From a virus: DNA of 64,000 nucleotides. The notes under the pieces are model-generated. The model was not told the DNA's origin, ran no database searches, and worked only from the letters and a program-made list of their open reading frames with translations. A program made the translations under genes and the position numbers. This document shows positions 1 through 11,202 of this stretch, piece after piece. Location: the IMG/VR virus record IMGVR_UViG_3300042691_032784, positions 17,153 through 81,152 of that record; one strand, written 5' to 3'. The stretch's first letter is position 1. Each line of letters opens with the position of its first letter.

Positions 1-3000
1 TTAAAATACAAAAATGTTTTTATTCAAGATGGTAATACTGTAAAAATTAATAAAGAATTTATTAAACAATTTGAAAAACAATATGAAGCTATTTTAAATA
101 ATCCTCAGTTAATTAATAGAACTAAAGATTGGTTAGAATCTATAGGTATTGTTATTCCTGATATTGTTCAAAATAATTTTATGCTTTATGGTATGTATAG
201 AGATGGACAATTACTTACTATGCATCAACATTTTGACTTATCTAATGGTATTTTTAAAAATATTAAAAATAGAATAGTTCAATTTGCTAATGATAATAAA
301 GAAGTAAATCCAGAAGTAGAATATGATATAAATACTTTAAATGTATTTTCAGATAGTTCTATTACTGATTTAGCTAAAACAGTAGCTAAATATAGAAATG
401 ATTTATTTCAAGATAATTTTAAAAATGGTAATGGTGATACTGTTCATAGTTATGTTAATAATAAATATGCTATTGATAGATTTTTTAAATTAAAAGATGA
501 TAATTTATCATTACAATATTTATTAGATATACCTTATAGTGCTGGTTCTATTTGGTTTAATAATTTAATTAAAACTAATGATGAGGGTATTAGATATTTA
601 AATAAAGAAGGTATTATGTATAAATATTTTAAATATTATACAGCTGATAGTATTAAATATCAAAATAATAAATTAGGTAAAGTTATTGATACTTTATCTG
701 AATCTCAATTAGAAGATTTTAAATTAGGTTTATTTTTAAATAGAGGACTTAAAGTAGGTAAAGGTAATAATAAAATTCCTATAATGAAAGTTTTATATCC
801 TACTATGTCTGATAAAAGTAATATTTTTATTTTTCAAGTACCTAGAGTAGAATATAAATTTCCTAATGGTAAGTTATCAGATAATGATAGACTAGATTTA
901 GTTAAAATATTATTTTATCCTGAAATAGATAGAATTAAACAATATCAACTTAAAAAAGGTAATTTTAATAATAAAGAATATAATAAAGGGGGTGGAAGAT
1001 TTATTAGTTTTCCTCTTTTAAATGATATAAAAGAATTATGGAATGAAGATGGTACTTTAAAAGAAGAAGTAGGAACTTTAGCTGAATATGATGTTATATT
1101 AACTAAACAATTAAGTAGAATATTATCTAATATTATTCAAGAAAAAAGACAAGTTTGGAAAGATGCAGGTATTATTAAAACTAATAAAAAAGGTGAAGAA
1201 TATCTTAAAATAGATAAAGATTATAAAAATGAATTTGGTAATAATGTAGATAGTATATTAAAAAATTATGTTATTAATACTACTATAGCTAATCTTAATT
1301 TTCAACAATTATTTATAGGTGACCCTGCTTTATTTACTAAAGATGCTAATATTAAATCTGATTCAAGTTTAATAAATGAAGTTGGTCAAAATATAGCTAA
1401 TTCTATTATTACTTCTGATAATCAAGGTAAACGTTTAGCTATGGATAATGCAGGTAAAGTTTCTATTATTGCTGAAGAAAATGAAACTTTAAATTGGTTA
1501 GTTATAGATGATGTTAAAATGAAAAGTACTGCTAGTACTTATATCGAATCTTTATTTAAAGGAACTAATGTTGTAGATAAATATAATTCTATTGATGCTT
1601 CTGATGCTCAAGAATATACTACTTTAGAAGAACATTTAAAAGTTATGTTTAAAGCAGGTAAAATTACTGAAGATAATATGAATAGAATATTAGATATTTA
1701 TAATAAAACTGGTAAAGTTGAATTATCTGATAAAAATATGATATTACAGCCTATGAAACCTGTATATGGTAATAATTTTTTATATAATGATATAGATACT
1801 AGACTTTATGTTAAATCATCTTCTATTCCTTTAATAGCTGAATTGACAAAAGATACTGCATTAGATGGATTACGTTTATTAATGGAAGGTAGTAGTGGAA
1901 CTAAAATTGATAGAGTTGCATTTGCTTCTGCTGTTAAAGTAGGTCAACCTGCTAATATTCCACAAGTATTTACTGATAATGGTAATACTTTTAAACTTCC
2001 TAAAGATTGGAGAAAAGGATTGTTATTAGGTATTCCTAGAGAAGGTCATGGTATACAACAAGAAGTTCCTTATGATGAAGATAAAAATGAAGTAAATGAT
2101 GGAACTCAACAAAGTAAGTTATTGTTTAATAATATATTAGATGTTGAAGGTTTTATACATCCTGAAACAGGAGAATCTGTAAATGGTAGAACTTTATTAG
2201 AAAGTTATAATAATAATTATAAACAATTATTTTTTAATAAATATGATAAATTATTAAAAGATTTAGATTTTAATACTGAATCTGGACAAATTGGTAATTT
2301 ATCTAAATTAAAAAATATATTAGTTGAAGAAGGATTAGCTAGAAATTATAATATTAATGATATTAATAGTTTTTCTTTAGATGAATTAGCTTTGAATTTT
2401 TCTGTTCCTATTTGGTTAAATAATTCTGAAAATAAAATTAGTGCTTTATTAAATTCTATTGTAGATAATAGAATTAGAAAAAGAAAAGTTAGAGGTAAAT
2501 CATTTGTATTAGCCTCACAAGTAGGATTAGGAACTATTGATAGTATTAATGAAAATAATATTATTAAACATCCTAATTGGGATGGTACTTTAAAAGCTAG
2601 TATGGAAAAAGATGGAACTATTACTTATGCAGAAGTTTTAGTACCTTTTAAATTTTGGAATAGTGAAGGTAATAGTTTAAAAATTCAAGATTTTATTAAA
2701 GATGGTGTTATTGATATTAATAAAATACCTGAACAATTATTAACTTCTTTTGGTTATCGTATTCCTACACAAGGTTTAAATAGTATGAGTACTATAAAAA
2801 TTGTTGGATTTTTACCTGATTCTTATGAAGATATTGTAATAGCTCCTGCAGATTTTGTAATTCAAATGGGTTCTGATTTTGACGTAGATAAATTATATAC
2901 TCATATGTATAAATCTACTTATAATGAAGATACTAAATCTTTAGAAATTATTAGTAAAAAACATTTAAATAAAAAGAATACTATTAAAAATAGTATTGAA

Positions 3001-6000
3001 ATTATTAATAAAAGACTTAAAGATTTACGAAATGAATTAGGTAGTAAAACTGCTATTTTAGATAAAAATAAAGCTTTAAGATTAAATACAGCTGAAAATA
3101 TTCAAAAAGAAATTGATATTTTACAAGTTAAAATATATGCTTTTGTATCTCAACGTAATATATTTTTATCTAATAATTTATTGAATATGGATATAGAAAA
3201 TTCTATATTAGAAAATAATATTTTAGATATTCATTTTTCTGTATTAAATAATCCTGCTAAAGAAGTACAAAAAGCTAGAATTAATCCATTAGGTTTTGGT
3301 AATTTACCATCTTTAGTTAATAAAGTATCTAAAAATATTAATAAAACTACTTTTAGTCCTTTTAATGATAACTACCAAAGTTATAAATATACAAATGCTA
3401 GGGCTGGTAAAAATGCAGTAGGTTTATTTTCATTAGATAGTGTTTTTAATGCAGTATTACAATATATTGAAGGTAATGTTAATTTTTATAAAACTACTAA
3501 AGAAGGTATTGAAATTGATTATAATTTAAATATAGCAGGATATAATAATGTTAATTTAAATAATCCTAATAGTAGTGTACCAGGAAAATATAAATCTGAT
3601 GTTATTTCTGCTTTTCAATCAGCCGCATTAGATAATGAAAAAGAACAATTATTAGGTAAATTAAATATAAATAGTAATACTTTTGATACTATTAGAGCTA
3701 TGTCTTTAATGGGATTTGATGAAAATATTATTATTGCTTTTATAAATCAACCTATAATTATAGAGTATTTTAATAAAGCTATTGAAATTCCTAGTTTTAA
3801 TGAAAATTTTAAAATATTATTAAAGAAAACTTCATTAGAAAAAATGTTTAATAATATTAAAGATGGAAATATAGATACTGAATATCAAAAAGCTGTATTA
3901 TATTATTTTAATGATTTAAGTAATAAAGGTGCTATATTAAAACAAATACAAAGTACTATTAATTCAGATAGTAGCGGTATTGGTAAAAATTTCTTTTATT
4001 CATTAACTAAAGGAGACCAAATTTTAACATTACCTAAATATGATAGTGATATTAGAAATATTAGTAAATTAATTGGAGATTATTCTACTTCCCCTTTAGA
4101 AGATAGTGTTGATTACAAAGGTACTTATATTAAACCTAATAGTATTAGTGGTTTTGCTTCTACTTTTGGAGTATTAACTAATAATAAATTATGGAATAAT
4201 TTTTATCTTTATAATAAAGGTAAAATTAGAGCTATATTTACAGCAATAATAGAAAGTCAAAATGAAACTTATAATACTATTCAGAAACAAGCTGATGCAC
4301 TTAATAGAGTTACTAATTCTTTTAAATCTTTCTTAAGTTCCAACACATTCCATCTATGGGGAAAAGACACACAAACTGTAAATGATTTAAGATATAATTT
4401 ATTATATGATACTGAAACTAATATGAGTTTAGGTTCTATAATTAATAATTTAACTCAAAAAGATAAACCTTTTACTAATCCATTATTAGATAGATTACAA
4501 ATAGGTAGAAATAATGTTACTAATACCTTTTTAGGTAGAATACCTACTGTTATTAATTATTATAATGCAGGAAGTATTGAAATGAATGAAGAAATTATTA
4601 TTAATAGTATTATTGATATGTTAGTTAATAATACTTATTTAGGTGTATATAATAATAAAAATTATACTACTCGTAATTTAGCAGAAGATTTAATAGCTTA
4701 TCAAATGATTACTAGTGGTATACAACAATCTAATAATTTTATTAAATTTATACCTATTGAGTATTTAAAAAATATAGGATATTATAATAATATGATTGCT
4801 AATTATCAATTATTTACTAATGAAGATTTTGTAAATAGTGTATCAGAAGCATTTTATACTCAATATATTCAACATAATCCTGATGAATTTTATAATGAAG
4901 AGATAGCTAAAAATTATGAAGTAGTTGATGGAAAATTATTTAGTAATGGTACTATTAAAAGACCTTTAGTAGTTTTATCTGGTTTAATGCCTAATAGTTA
5001 TAGAATTTTTAAATATAATAAAGATATTAAAGATTTTGTTGAATTAGACACTTTAGGATATAAAGGATTACAAGAGTATGATATGTGGTCTAGTTTCGCT
5101 GGTAAAAGTACTGTTTATATTCAACAAGTAAATAATAATATTGATGTATTAAATAAATCTAATTTACCTGTATTTATTAATAATAAATTTAAAGAACCTA
5201 ATACAGAATATATTCCGGATGAAAAAAATATTAATGATTTTCTTTCATTAGATAGAGATACTGAACAAGATAATTCTCCTTTAGTATATAATACTAATAC
5301 TTCTGATTTAAGTAAAAAATATTATTTAACTGATACATCTTTACCTATTGCAGAAAAATATAAACATATTTTACGTAAAATTAGAAAAAATTCTGATAAT
5401 ACTATTTTATCTTATTTTGCAGGTAAAGTTTCTGAAATAATACCAGTATTAAATGATATACCTTTATATGTAGATACTAATTTACAAGCTAAGGGTAGAT
5501 TATATAAAAGTAAAGTATTTGGTGAACCTTATCAAATTAGAATTAATCCTAATAAGATAAAAACAGAAGAAGAATTACAAAGAGTTTTATTAGAAGAAAT
5601 AGTTCATGCTATTACTGCTATGGAAGTTGATAAAGGTAACTCTACTTTTATTAAAAATTTAGAATTATTAAGACAAGATGCTATTAAATTTGCTAAATCT
5701 AAATATGGAGAAGGTATAATTGATATAGTTAATGATAAAGTAAAAACTAAAAAACCTTTAATTACTGGTACTGAAAGTAATATTATTTATAATTTAAGTA
5801 ATTTACAAGAATTTATAGCAGCTTCTATAAATAATGTAGAATTTCAGAAGTTTTTAAATAGTATTAATGTTTCTGATAAAACTAAATCATTATGGAAAAG
5901 ATTAATAGATGCTATTACATCATTATTAGAAAGTTTAGGAGTTAAAAAAGATAGTAATTTATCAGTAGCTTTACATGAAATTATTAATTTATTTGATAAT

Positions 6001-9000
6001 GTAATAAAACCTACTATATATAGTAATTTTAATAAACCTAAATTTGTAAGAACTGTAGAGTATCTTAATAATAAATTTAATTTAGTTAATAATGAAGGTA
6101 TTTTAATTCAAAAAGCTAATGCTGAACAAATTGTTAATTTTATTAATAATAATATCGTAAATGTAATAGCAAAAGAACAAAATGGTACTGTTATAATTGA
6201 ACCTAATAGATTAATTGATTATTCTTTTGATTCTAATTATGAAACTGAATATGAAATTATTGAATCTACTCCTGTTAATTTTCCTTCTTATAAACAAGCA
6301 TTAGAATTAAGAGTTAAAAAATTAAGAACTGCTATTAAAAAAGCAAAAGATGAAGATAATTTTGTTAGAGTAAGTCAATTAGACGAAGTCTATAAAAAAG
6401 ATAAAGATTTATTAAGTCGTATTGATGATATTAATTTTTTAGGAGATATTGCAGATAAAGGTGAACAAGATTTACAAGTAGTTAATGATATGTTAAAAAG
6501 ACCTTTAACTTCTGAAGATATTGTTTATGCTAGAAGTATTATTAATTTTTGGAAAAATTCTAAAGAGTTATTATTTAATGATATTGCTAAAAAATCTAAA
6601 ATATTAGTAGAAGCTTTTACTGATTTAGAAGTAGAAGCAGGATTTTTAGCTGATGAATTATTAAGAATTGAGAAAGAATTTTTACAAGAATTTGTTAAAA
6701 AATATATAGGTAAAGAAACTGATATAGATAAAATATTTGAAGATTATAAAGATATTAATTTTTTACAATCTAATTTTAGAGATATTAGTACTTATGATAA
6801 TGAAATTTTAACTTCTATTTGGAGTGCTGTTAAACAAGCTAATATTAATGCTCAAGATGAATTTAATCAAAAATTAGAAGGTTTTGATAAATTATTAGAT
6901 AAAGTACTACCTATATTAAAATCTTTTGGTAATAAAGAATTATTTGAAGTTTTTAGACAAAAGAAAACTAATGGTAAGTTAACTGGACATTTAGTTAATC
7001 CTTATTCTAATTTATTTTATAAAGATAAAAATAAAGTTATTAGTAATTTAATTAAAGATAATAAATTTGAAAATTATATTAATTTAACTAATTTTATTAA
7101 AACTGTTGGAGAAAATACTAATTTAAGTTTAATTTTTCCTGCTAATGGTGAAATAACTGATGAGGTTATTAAAGCAAGAGAAGAATTAAAAAATAAATTA
7201 GGTCAAGGTGCTTATAATCTTTATATTAAAAAACAAGAAAAAAGATTAAAATCTTATCAAGAACATAAAGATGGTTATATTGAAGTATTATTAGATAGAT
7301 ATAATTTAAAAGATAGAGAAGATATTTTAAATAATGAAGAAGCTAAAAGAAAATATGAAAATTGGCAACTAGCTAATAGTCCATATGAATTAGAAAAACA
7401 TTCATTTAATAAAATTAATAATAGATTAAGTAATTTTACTGATTTTCAATCTCATAAATTTTATGAAATTATACCTATTAAAGAAGATAAAACAATTAAT
7501 TATTTTGATAGTAATTTTGATATTATTAGTAATAATAATGATTTATATGAATTTTATTCTTTTATTGAAAGTACTTTTGATGACCTTAGAAAGTTTGTTC
7601 CTGATGAACAACAAAAAGCTTTAGCTTATGGTGGTTTACCTTATATTGAAAAGACTTTAATAGAGATGTTTAATGAAAGAGGTATGCATTTAGGTTATAA
7701 ACCTATTTATGATGCTTTTATTGAATCTATGCAAAGTTCATTTTCTGATAATACTAATGCTGTTCTTGACCCTGTTACCGGACAACCTGAACAAGATATG
7801 AGAATACCTATTATTAAAGATAATTATCAATTTGTTAAAGATTATATTAATAAAAGAACTATTGAATATGTATCTATTAATAAAAAACAACCTAGTGTTG
7901 AATATATACAAGAATTTGAAGAAGATGCAGTTCATGAATACTCTCAAAAGAAATCTTTTGATTTAGGTAAAGTAGTTAAATCTTATACTGCTTTAGTATT
8001 AGCTCATAAACATAAAGCTAAAATTGAAGATAGTATTAAAATTGCTAATACTGTAATAGATTCTTATAAAGAATCTTATTATAGACCTGATGGTATACCA
8101 ATTACTAATAAAAGTGGTATTATTATGAAAAAACAAGAATCTGAATCTTTTCTTAAATTAAAAGAAGCTTTAGATAATTATACTAAAGCTAATATTTATA
8201 ATGATATTAGAGAAGAAGAAGGTAAAGGTAAAAAGATATTAACACCTACTGAAAAAGAAGAGAAGAAAGATTTAGAAAATAAATTAGAGCAATTACAAGA
8301 AGATTTAGCTAATAATGTTATAACACAAGAAGATTATGATACTACATTTAATTTAATTGTAGAACAATTAGCTAATCAAGGTAAAACTTTTATATATTCT
8401 AAAGCAGGTGATAATATGCTTAAATATTTACAACTTAAATTAATGGGTTGGAATGTATTAGGAGGTATTAGTAATATGGGATTTGGTTGGATTGCTAATT
8501 ATATTGAAGCTGCTGATGGTAGATTATATAGTAAACGTAATTTAAACTATGGTTATAAATTAGTGTTAAATAGTATTGGTAAAAATGTAAGTTTTAATTA
8601 TAATACAGGATTATATAATTCTGAAACAGCCAATAAAATTAGAAGTGCTATGGATAAATGGGATGTATTAAAAGATGCTTCTAATGAATTATATACTAAT
8701 ACTACATCTAATAGTTTTAATAAAAGATTAAAATGGTTAGCTCCTTATAATATGCAACAACGTACTGAATATATAAATCAAGCACCTTTATTAATTGCTT
8801 TAGCTAAAGAAACTAAAGTTAATACAATTAAAGGAGAAGTTAGTATTTGGGATGCTATGGATAATGATTTTAATTGGAATACTGCTGAATATGGAGAAGC
8901 TCCAACTGAAGTTATTACTAAATTAAGACTTAAATTAGATCAAATAATTAAACGTAATCATGGTAATTATGACCCTTTATCTACTATTAATGCTAAAAGA

Positions 9001-9672
9001 ACTTTTTTAGGTAGAGCAGGATTACAATTTAGAACTTGGATGTTAGAAGCTATTGCAGTTAGAGCTGAAAAAGAAAGATTTGATGATATATTAGGAATTA
9101 CTGTAAAAGGTAGATATAGAAGTGTGGGTACTGTTTATAGTAATACTAATATAGGTAAATTTGCTTTAGAATTTTTTAAAGGTCTAATAAATAAATATAG
9201 TTTTGGTTTATATAAAAATGGTAATTTTGAAGGATTAGTAGATGGAGAAAATATTAAAGAAGTTGATGCTGCTAATATGAGAAAAGTTATTACTGAAGTT
9301 AGTATGGCTATTAATTTATATATTTTATTACTTCTTGCAGCAGGATTAAAAGATGATGATGATGAAAATAATGCAGCATTAAATGTATTAATGAATCAAG
9401 GTATTAGATTAAGAACAGATTTATTATTATATGTTAATCCTATGGAAGCAAGAAATTTAATTAGAGATATTATTCCTGCTACTGCAATTATTAAAGATAT
9501 TTGGGAATGGATTGAATCTGTTGGTACTTTAGTAATTGGAGAAGATGAAATTAAAGCTGGTGTACATAGTGGTAATAGTAAATTTGTTAAAGAAACTTTA
9601 CAAATGTTACCATTTGGAACTAAAGCATATTCATTATATAATTCAAGTACACAAGTATTTGAAAAACGATAA
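1..9672 (+). CDS. Giant virion-packaged RNA polymerase/cargo polyprotein (crAss-like), 5'-truncated by the window edge; RNAP core, zincin-like segment and long C-terminal cargo region
   Basis: Frame is open from base 1, so the ATG at 181 is internal. Catalytic GSDFDVDKLY (DxDxD) motif at ~2869-2898, preceded by GYRIPTQG as in the phi14:2 gp66 family. LLEEIVHA...LQEFIA zincin-like motif at ~5587-5820. Hydrophobic segment near the C-terminus. Confidence 0.9.
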   Translation, partial: LKYKNVFIQDGNTVKINKEFIKQFEKQYEAILNNPQLINRTKDWLESIGIVIPDIVQNNFMLYGMYRDGQLLTMHQHFDLSNGIFKNIKNRIVQFANDNKEVNPEVEYDINTLNVFSDSSITDLAKTVAKYRNDLFQDNFKNGNGDTVHSYVNNKYAIDRFFKLKDDNLSLQYLLDIPYSAGSIWFNNLIKTNDEGIRYLNKEGIMYKYFKYYTADSIKYQNNKLGKVIDTLSESQLEDFKLGLFLNRGLKVGKGNNKIPIMKVLYPTMSDKSNIFIFQVPRVEYKFPNGKLSDNDRLDLVKILFYPEIDRIKQYQLKKGNFNNKEYNKGGGRFISFPLLNDIKELWNEDGTLKEEVGTLAEYDVILTKQLSRILSNIIQEKRQVWKDAGIIKTNKKGEEYLKIDKDYKNEFGNNVDSILKNYVINTTIANLNFQQLFIGDPALFTKDANIKSDSSLINEVGQNIANSIITSDNQGKRLAMDNAGKVSIIAEENETLNWLVIDDVKMKSTASTYIESLFKGTNVVDKYNSIDASDAQEYTTLEEHLKVMFKAGKITEDNMNRILDIYNKTGKVELSDKNMILQPMKPVYGNNFLYNDIDTRLYVKSSSIPLIAELTKDTALDGLRLLMEGSSGTKIDRVAFASAVKVGQPANIPQVFTDNGNTFKLPKDWRKGLLLGIPREGHGIQQEVPYDEDKNEVNDGTQQSKLLFNNILDVEGFIHPETGESVNGRTLLESYNNNYKQLFFNKYDKLLKDLDFNTESGQIGNLSKLKNILVEEGLARNYNINDINSFSLDELALNFSVPIWLNNSENKISALLNSIVDNRIRKRKVRGKSFVLASQVGLGTIDSINENNIIKHPNWDGTLKASMEKDGTITYAEVLVPFKFWNSEGNSLKIQDFIKDGVIDINKIPEQLLTSFGYRIPTQGLNSMSTIKIVGFLPDSYEDIVIAPADFVIQMGSDFDVDKLYTHMYKSTYNEDTKSLEIISKKHLNKKNTIKNSIEIINKRLKDLRNELGSKTAILDKNKALRLNTAENIQKEIDILQVKIYAFVSQRNIFLSNNLLNMDIENSILENNILDIHFSVLNNPAKEVQKARINPLGFGNLPSLVNKVSKNINKTTFSPFNDNYQSYKYTNARAGKNAVGLFSLDSVFNAVLQYIEGNVNFYKTTKEGIEIDYNLNIAGYNNVNLNNPNSSVPGKYKSDVISAFQSAALDNEKEQLLGKLNINSNTFDTIRAMSLMGFDENIIIAFINQPIIIEYFNKAIEIPSFNENFKILLKKTSLEKMFNNIKDGNIDTEYQKAVLYYFNDLSNKGAILKQIQSTINSDSSGIGKNFFYSLTKGDQILTLPKYDSDIRNISKLIGDYSTSPLEDSVDYKGTYIKPNSISGFASTFGVLTNNKLWNNFYLYNKGKIRAIFTAIIESQNETYNTIQKQADALNRVTNSFKSFLSSNTFHLWGKDTQTVNDLRYNLLYDTETNMSLGSIINNLTQKDKPFTNPLLDRLQIGRNNVTNTFLGRIPTVINYYNAGSIEMNEEIIINSIIDMLVNNTYLGVYNNKNYTTRNLAEDLIAYQMITSGIQQSNNFIKFIPIEYLKNIGYYNNMIANYQLFTNEDFVNSVSEAFYTQYIQHNPDEFYNEEIAKNYEVVDGKLFSNGTIKRPLVVLSGLMPNSYRIFKYNKDIKDFVELDTLGYKGLQEYDMWSSFAGKSTVYIQQVNNNIDVLNKSNLPVFINNKFKEPNTEYIPDEKNINDFLSLDRDTEQDNSPLVYNTNTSDLSKKYYLTDTSLPIAEKYKHILRKIRKNSDNTILSYFAGKVSEIIPVLNDIPLYVDTNLQAKGRLYKSKVFGEPYQIRINPNKIKTEEELQRVLLEEIVHAITAMEVDKGNSTFIKNLELLRQDAIKFAKSKYGEGIIDIVNDKVKTKKPLITGTESNIIYNLSNLQEFIAASINNVEFQKFLNSINVSDKTKSLWKRLIDAITSLLESLGVKKDSNLSVALHEIINLFDNVIKPTIYSNFNKPKFVRTVEYLNNKFNLVNNEGILIQKANAEQIVNFINNNIVNVIAKEQNGTVIIEPNRLIDYSFDSNYETEYEIIESTPVNFPSYKQALELRVKKLRTAIKKAKDEDNFVRVSQLDEVYKKDKDLLSRIDDINFLGDIADKGEQDLQVVNDMLKRPLTSEDIVYARSIINFWKNSKELLFNDIAKKSKILVEAFTDLEVEAGFLADELLRIEKEFLQEFVKKYIGKETDIDKIFEDYKDINFLQSNFRDISTYDNEILTSIWSAVKQANINAQDEFNQKLEGFDKLLDKVLPILKSFGNKELFEVFRQKKTNGKLTGHLVNPYSNLFYKDKNKVISNLIKDNKFENYINLTNFIKTVGENTNLSLIFPANGEITDEVIKAREELKNKLGQGAYNLYIKKQEKRLKSYQEHKDGYIEVLLDRYNLKDREDILNNEEAKRKYENWQLANSPYELEKHSFNKINNRLSNFTDFQSHKFYEIIPIKEDKTINYFDSNFDIISNNNDLYEFYSFIESTFDDLRKFVPDEQQKALAYGGLPYIEKTLIEMFNERGMHLGYKPIYDAFIESMQSSFSDNTNAVLDPVTGQPEQDMRIPIIKDNYQFVKDYINKRTIEYVSINKKQPSVEYIQEFEEDAVHEYSQKKSFDLGKVVKSYTALVLAHKHKAKIEDSIKIANTVIDSYKESYYRPDGIPITNKSGIIMKKQESESFLKLKEALDNYTKANIYNDIREEEGKGKKILTPTEKEEKKDLENKLEQLQEDLANNVITQEDYDTTFNLIVEQLANQGKTFIYSKAGDNMLKYLQLKLMGWNVLGGISNMGFGWIANYIEAADGRLYSKRNLNYGYKLVLNSIGKNVSFNYNTGLYNSETANKIRSAMDKWDVLKDASNELYTNTTSNSFNKRLKWLAPYNMQQRTEYINQAPLLIALAKETKVNTIKGEVSIWDAMDNDFNWNTAEYGEAPTEVITKLRLKLDQIIKRNHGNYDPLSTINAKRTFLGRAGLQFRTWMLEAIAVRAEKERFDDILGITVKGRYRSVGTVYSNTNIGKFALEFFKGLINKYSFGLYKNGNFEGLVDGENIKEVDAANMRKVITEVSMAINLYILLLLAAGLKDDDDENNAALNVLMNQGIRLRTDLLLYVNPMEARNLIRDIIPATAIIKDIWEWIESVGTLVIGEDEIKAGVHSGNSKFVKETLQMLPFGTKAYSLYNSSTQVFEKR

Positions 9673-9707
9673 GAAGTACTAACTAGGTTTGCAAATTTTT
9701 TACTAAT

Positions 9708-9738
9708 AAAAGAGGCTCAATTAAGAGCCTCTTTTTTT
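9708..9738. terminator. Bidirectional intrinsic terminator between convergent gene blocks
   Basis: AAAAGAGGCTC-AATTAA-GAGCCTCTTTT hairpin with A and T tracts on both sides. Confidence 0.85.
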
Positions 9739-10094
9739 ATTTCTTCTAATGATTGTAAATTAGTATTATTAGGATTTTCTTTAAATTTATTTAAACTAAT
9801 ATATAAATTTTGATTTTTAACTTTTAAATATAATTTACCATAAAATTTTACTTTAGGAGATTTATATCCTTCTCTAATTCTAACATAAGCATTACCACTA
9901 GAATCTACTGAAAAAACTTTATAGAATTTATTTTTAACAAAAATATAATAAGTAGTTTCATAATTTACTTTAGTATATTTTTTTAATAATTCTTTAGATT
10001 TTACATTATGTGATAAAGCTCTATTATTAAAATATAAAATTATTATTAATAATAACATTATAGCTATTATAATTATTAATATGTTATTACTCAT
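9717..10094 (-). CDS. Hypothetical protein with N-terminal membrane anchor
   Basis: Hydrophobic N-terminus followed by a basic domain; in operon. Confidence 0.7.
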   Translation of the reverse strand: MSNNILIIIIAIMLLLIIILYFNNRALSHNVKSKELLKKYTKVNYETTYYIFVKNKFYKVFSVDSSGNAYVRIREGYKSPKVKFYGKLYLKVKNQNLYISLNKFKENPNNTNLQSLEEIKKEALN

Positions 10095-10100
10095 ATTAAA

Positions 10101-10658
10101 TTATTTAATAGATTTATAAATATTTTTTATTAATTCAAAATCTTCATTTGTTTTAGTTTTATCAATATTATAATTTTCTATAAAAAGTTTAGAATTAAAA
10201 TAATCATTAATTATAGTTTTTAAAGATTTATCATCTAATTTAAAATCTATTTTATGTTCAATACTTTCTGAACCAAATGCATCTTTAATTATATAAGATT
10301 TTGTTTCTTTATCGTATATTACCCAAAATGATTTAGGAGTTCCTTCATTAAGATATTGAATAAATTTAGAAGGTTCTTGGTTAAAAGATTGTAATTTAAC
10401 AATTAACCATTTAAATAATAAAGATTCATTAGAATTATTTTTTCTACATTCATCTAAATTCTTATGATAAGTATTATAAGCATCATTAGCTTGCTTTTTT
10501 AAATTAGCATGAGTAATTCTTAATTCACTATATTCATTATGAAGAAATTGGTACTCATCAGTTTTTTTATTTATCAAATTTTCTTTTTGATTATTTTTAT
10601 AAGCTAATAATATAACTAATAAAGCTAATATTATTGTAACAATTATAAGTAAGTTCAT
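10101..10658 (-). CDS. Hypothetical membrane-anchored coiled-coil protein
   Basis: N-terminal TM helix, then heptad-like segment. Confidence 0.7.
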   Translation of the reverse strand: MNLLIIVTIILALLVILLAYKNNQKENLINKKTDEYQFLHNEYSELRITHANLKKQANDAYNTYHKNLDECRKNNSNESLLFKWLIVKLQSFNQEPSKFIQYLNEGTPKSFWVIYDKETKSYIIKDAFGSESIEHKIDFKLDDKSLKTIINDYFNSKLFIENYNIDKTKTNEDFELIKNIYKSIK

Positions 10659-10662
10659 AGTA

Positions 10663-11202
10663 TTAATGTATTAAATATGATATAAAATTTTCTTTAGTTT
10701 TTAATGTAGGTAATATAATAAAATCATCTATAACTCTAATATAATAATTTCTTATATTTAAAGTATTAGCATTTATAGGATTATTATTAACTTCATCTAC
10801 TAATTCATTAGTAGAAGTTATAATAAGTGATTCAAAATAACTTTGAATTTCATCAAAATCTTTAGTAATACTAATATTATCTAATTTATATAATATACTT
10901 AAATAAGTTATTAATAAAATAAGTTTTTTATTATCTAATTTATTTTGTATATAATATTTTAATAATGTATTAATATTATGTTTACAATGATTTTGTATAA
11001 TTTCTTTATTCCATGAAACAAATAATCTTTCTGATATTTTAGTAATTTTTTCATCTAAAGTATCAGGTAAAATATTTACTAAATGGTTTGCAACATCAAC
11101 TATTTCTAAGGGGGAAAATTCATCAAGTAATTTTCTACCTTCAAATGTACTAGAATCTTCAAGACTTCTAATAATAATATTAAGTCTCTCTTGTCTTTCC
11201 AT
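10663..11202 (-). CDS. Hypothetical protein
   Basis: 179-aa ORF tightly packed in operon. Confidence 0.7.
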   Translation of the reverse strand: MERQERLNIIIRSLEDSSTFEGRKLLDEFSPLEIVDVANHLVNILPDTLDEKITKISERLFVSWNKEIIQNHCKHNINTLLKYYIQNKLDNKKLILLITYLSILYKLDNISITKDFDEIQSYFESLIITSTNELVDEVNNNPINANTLNIRNYYIRVIDDFIILPTLKTKENFISYLIH

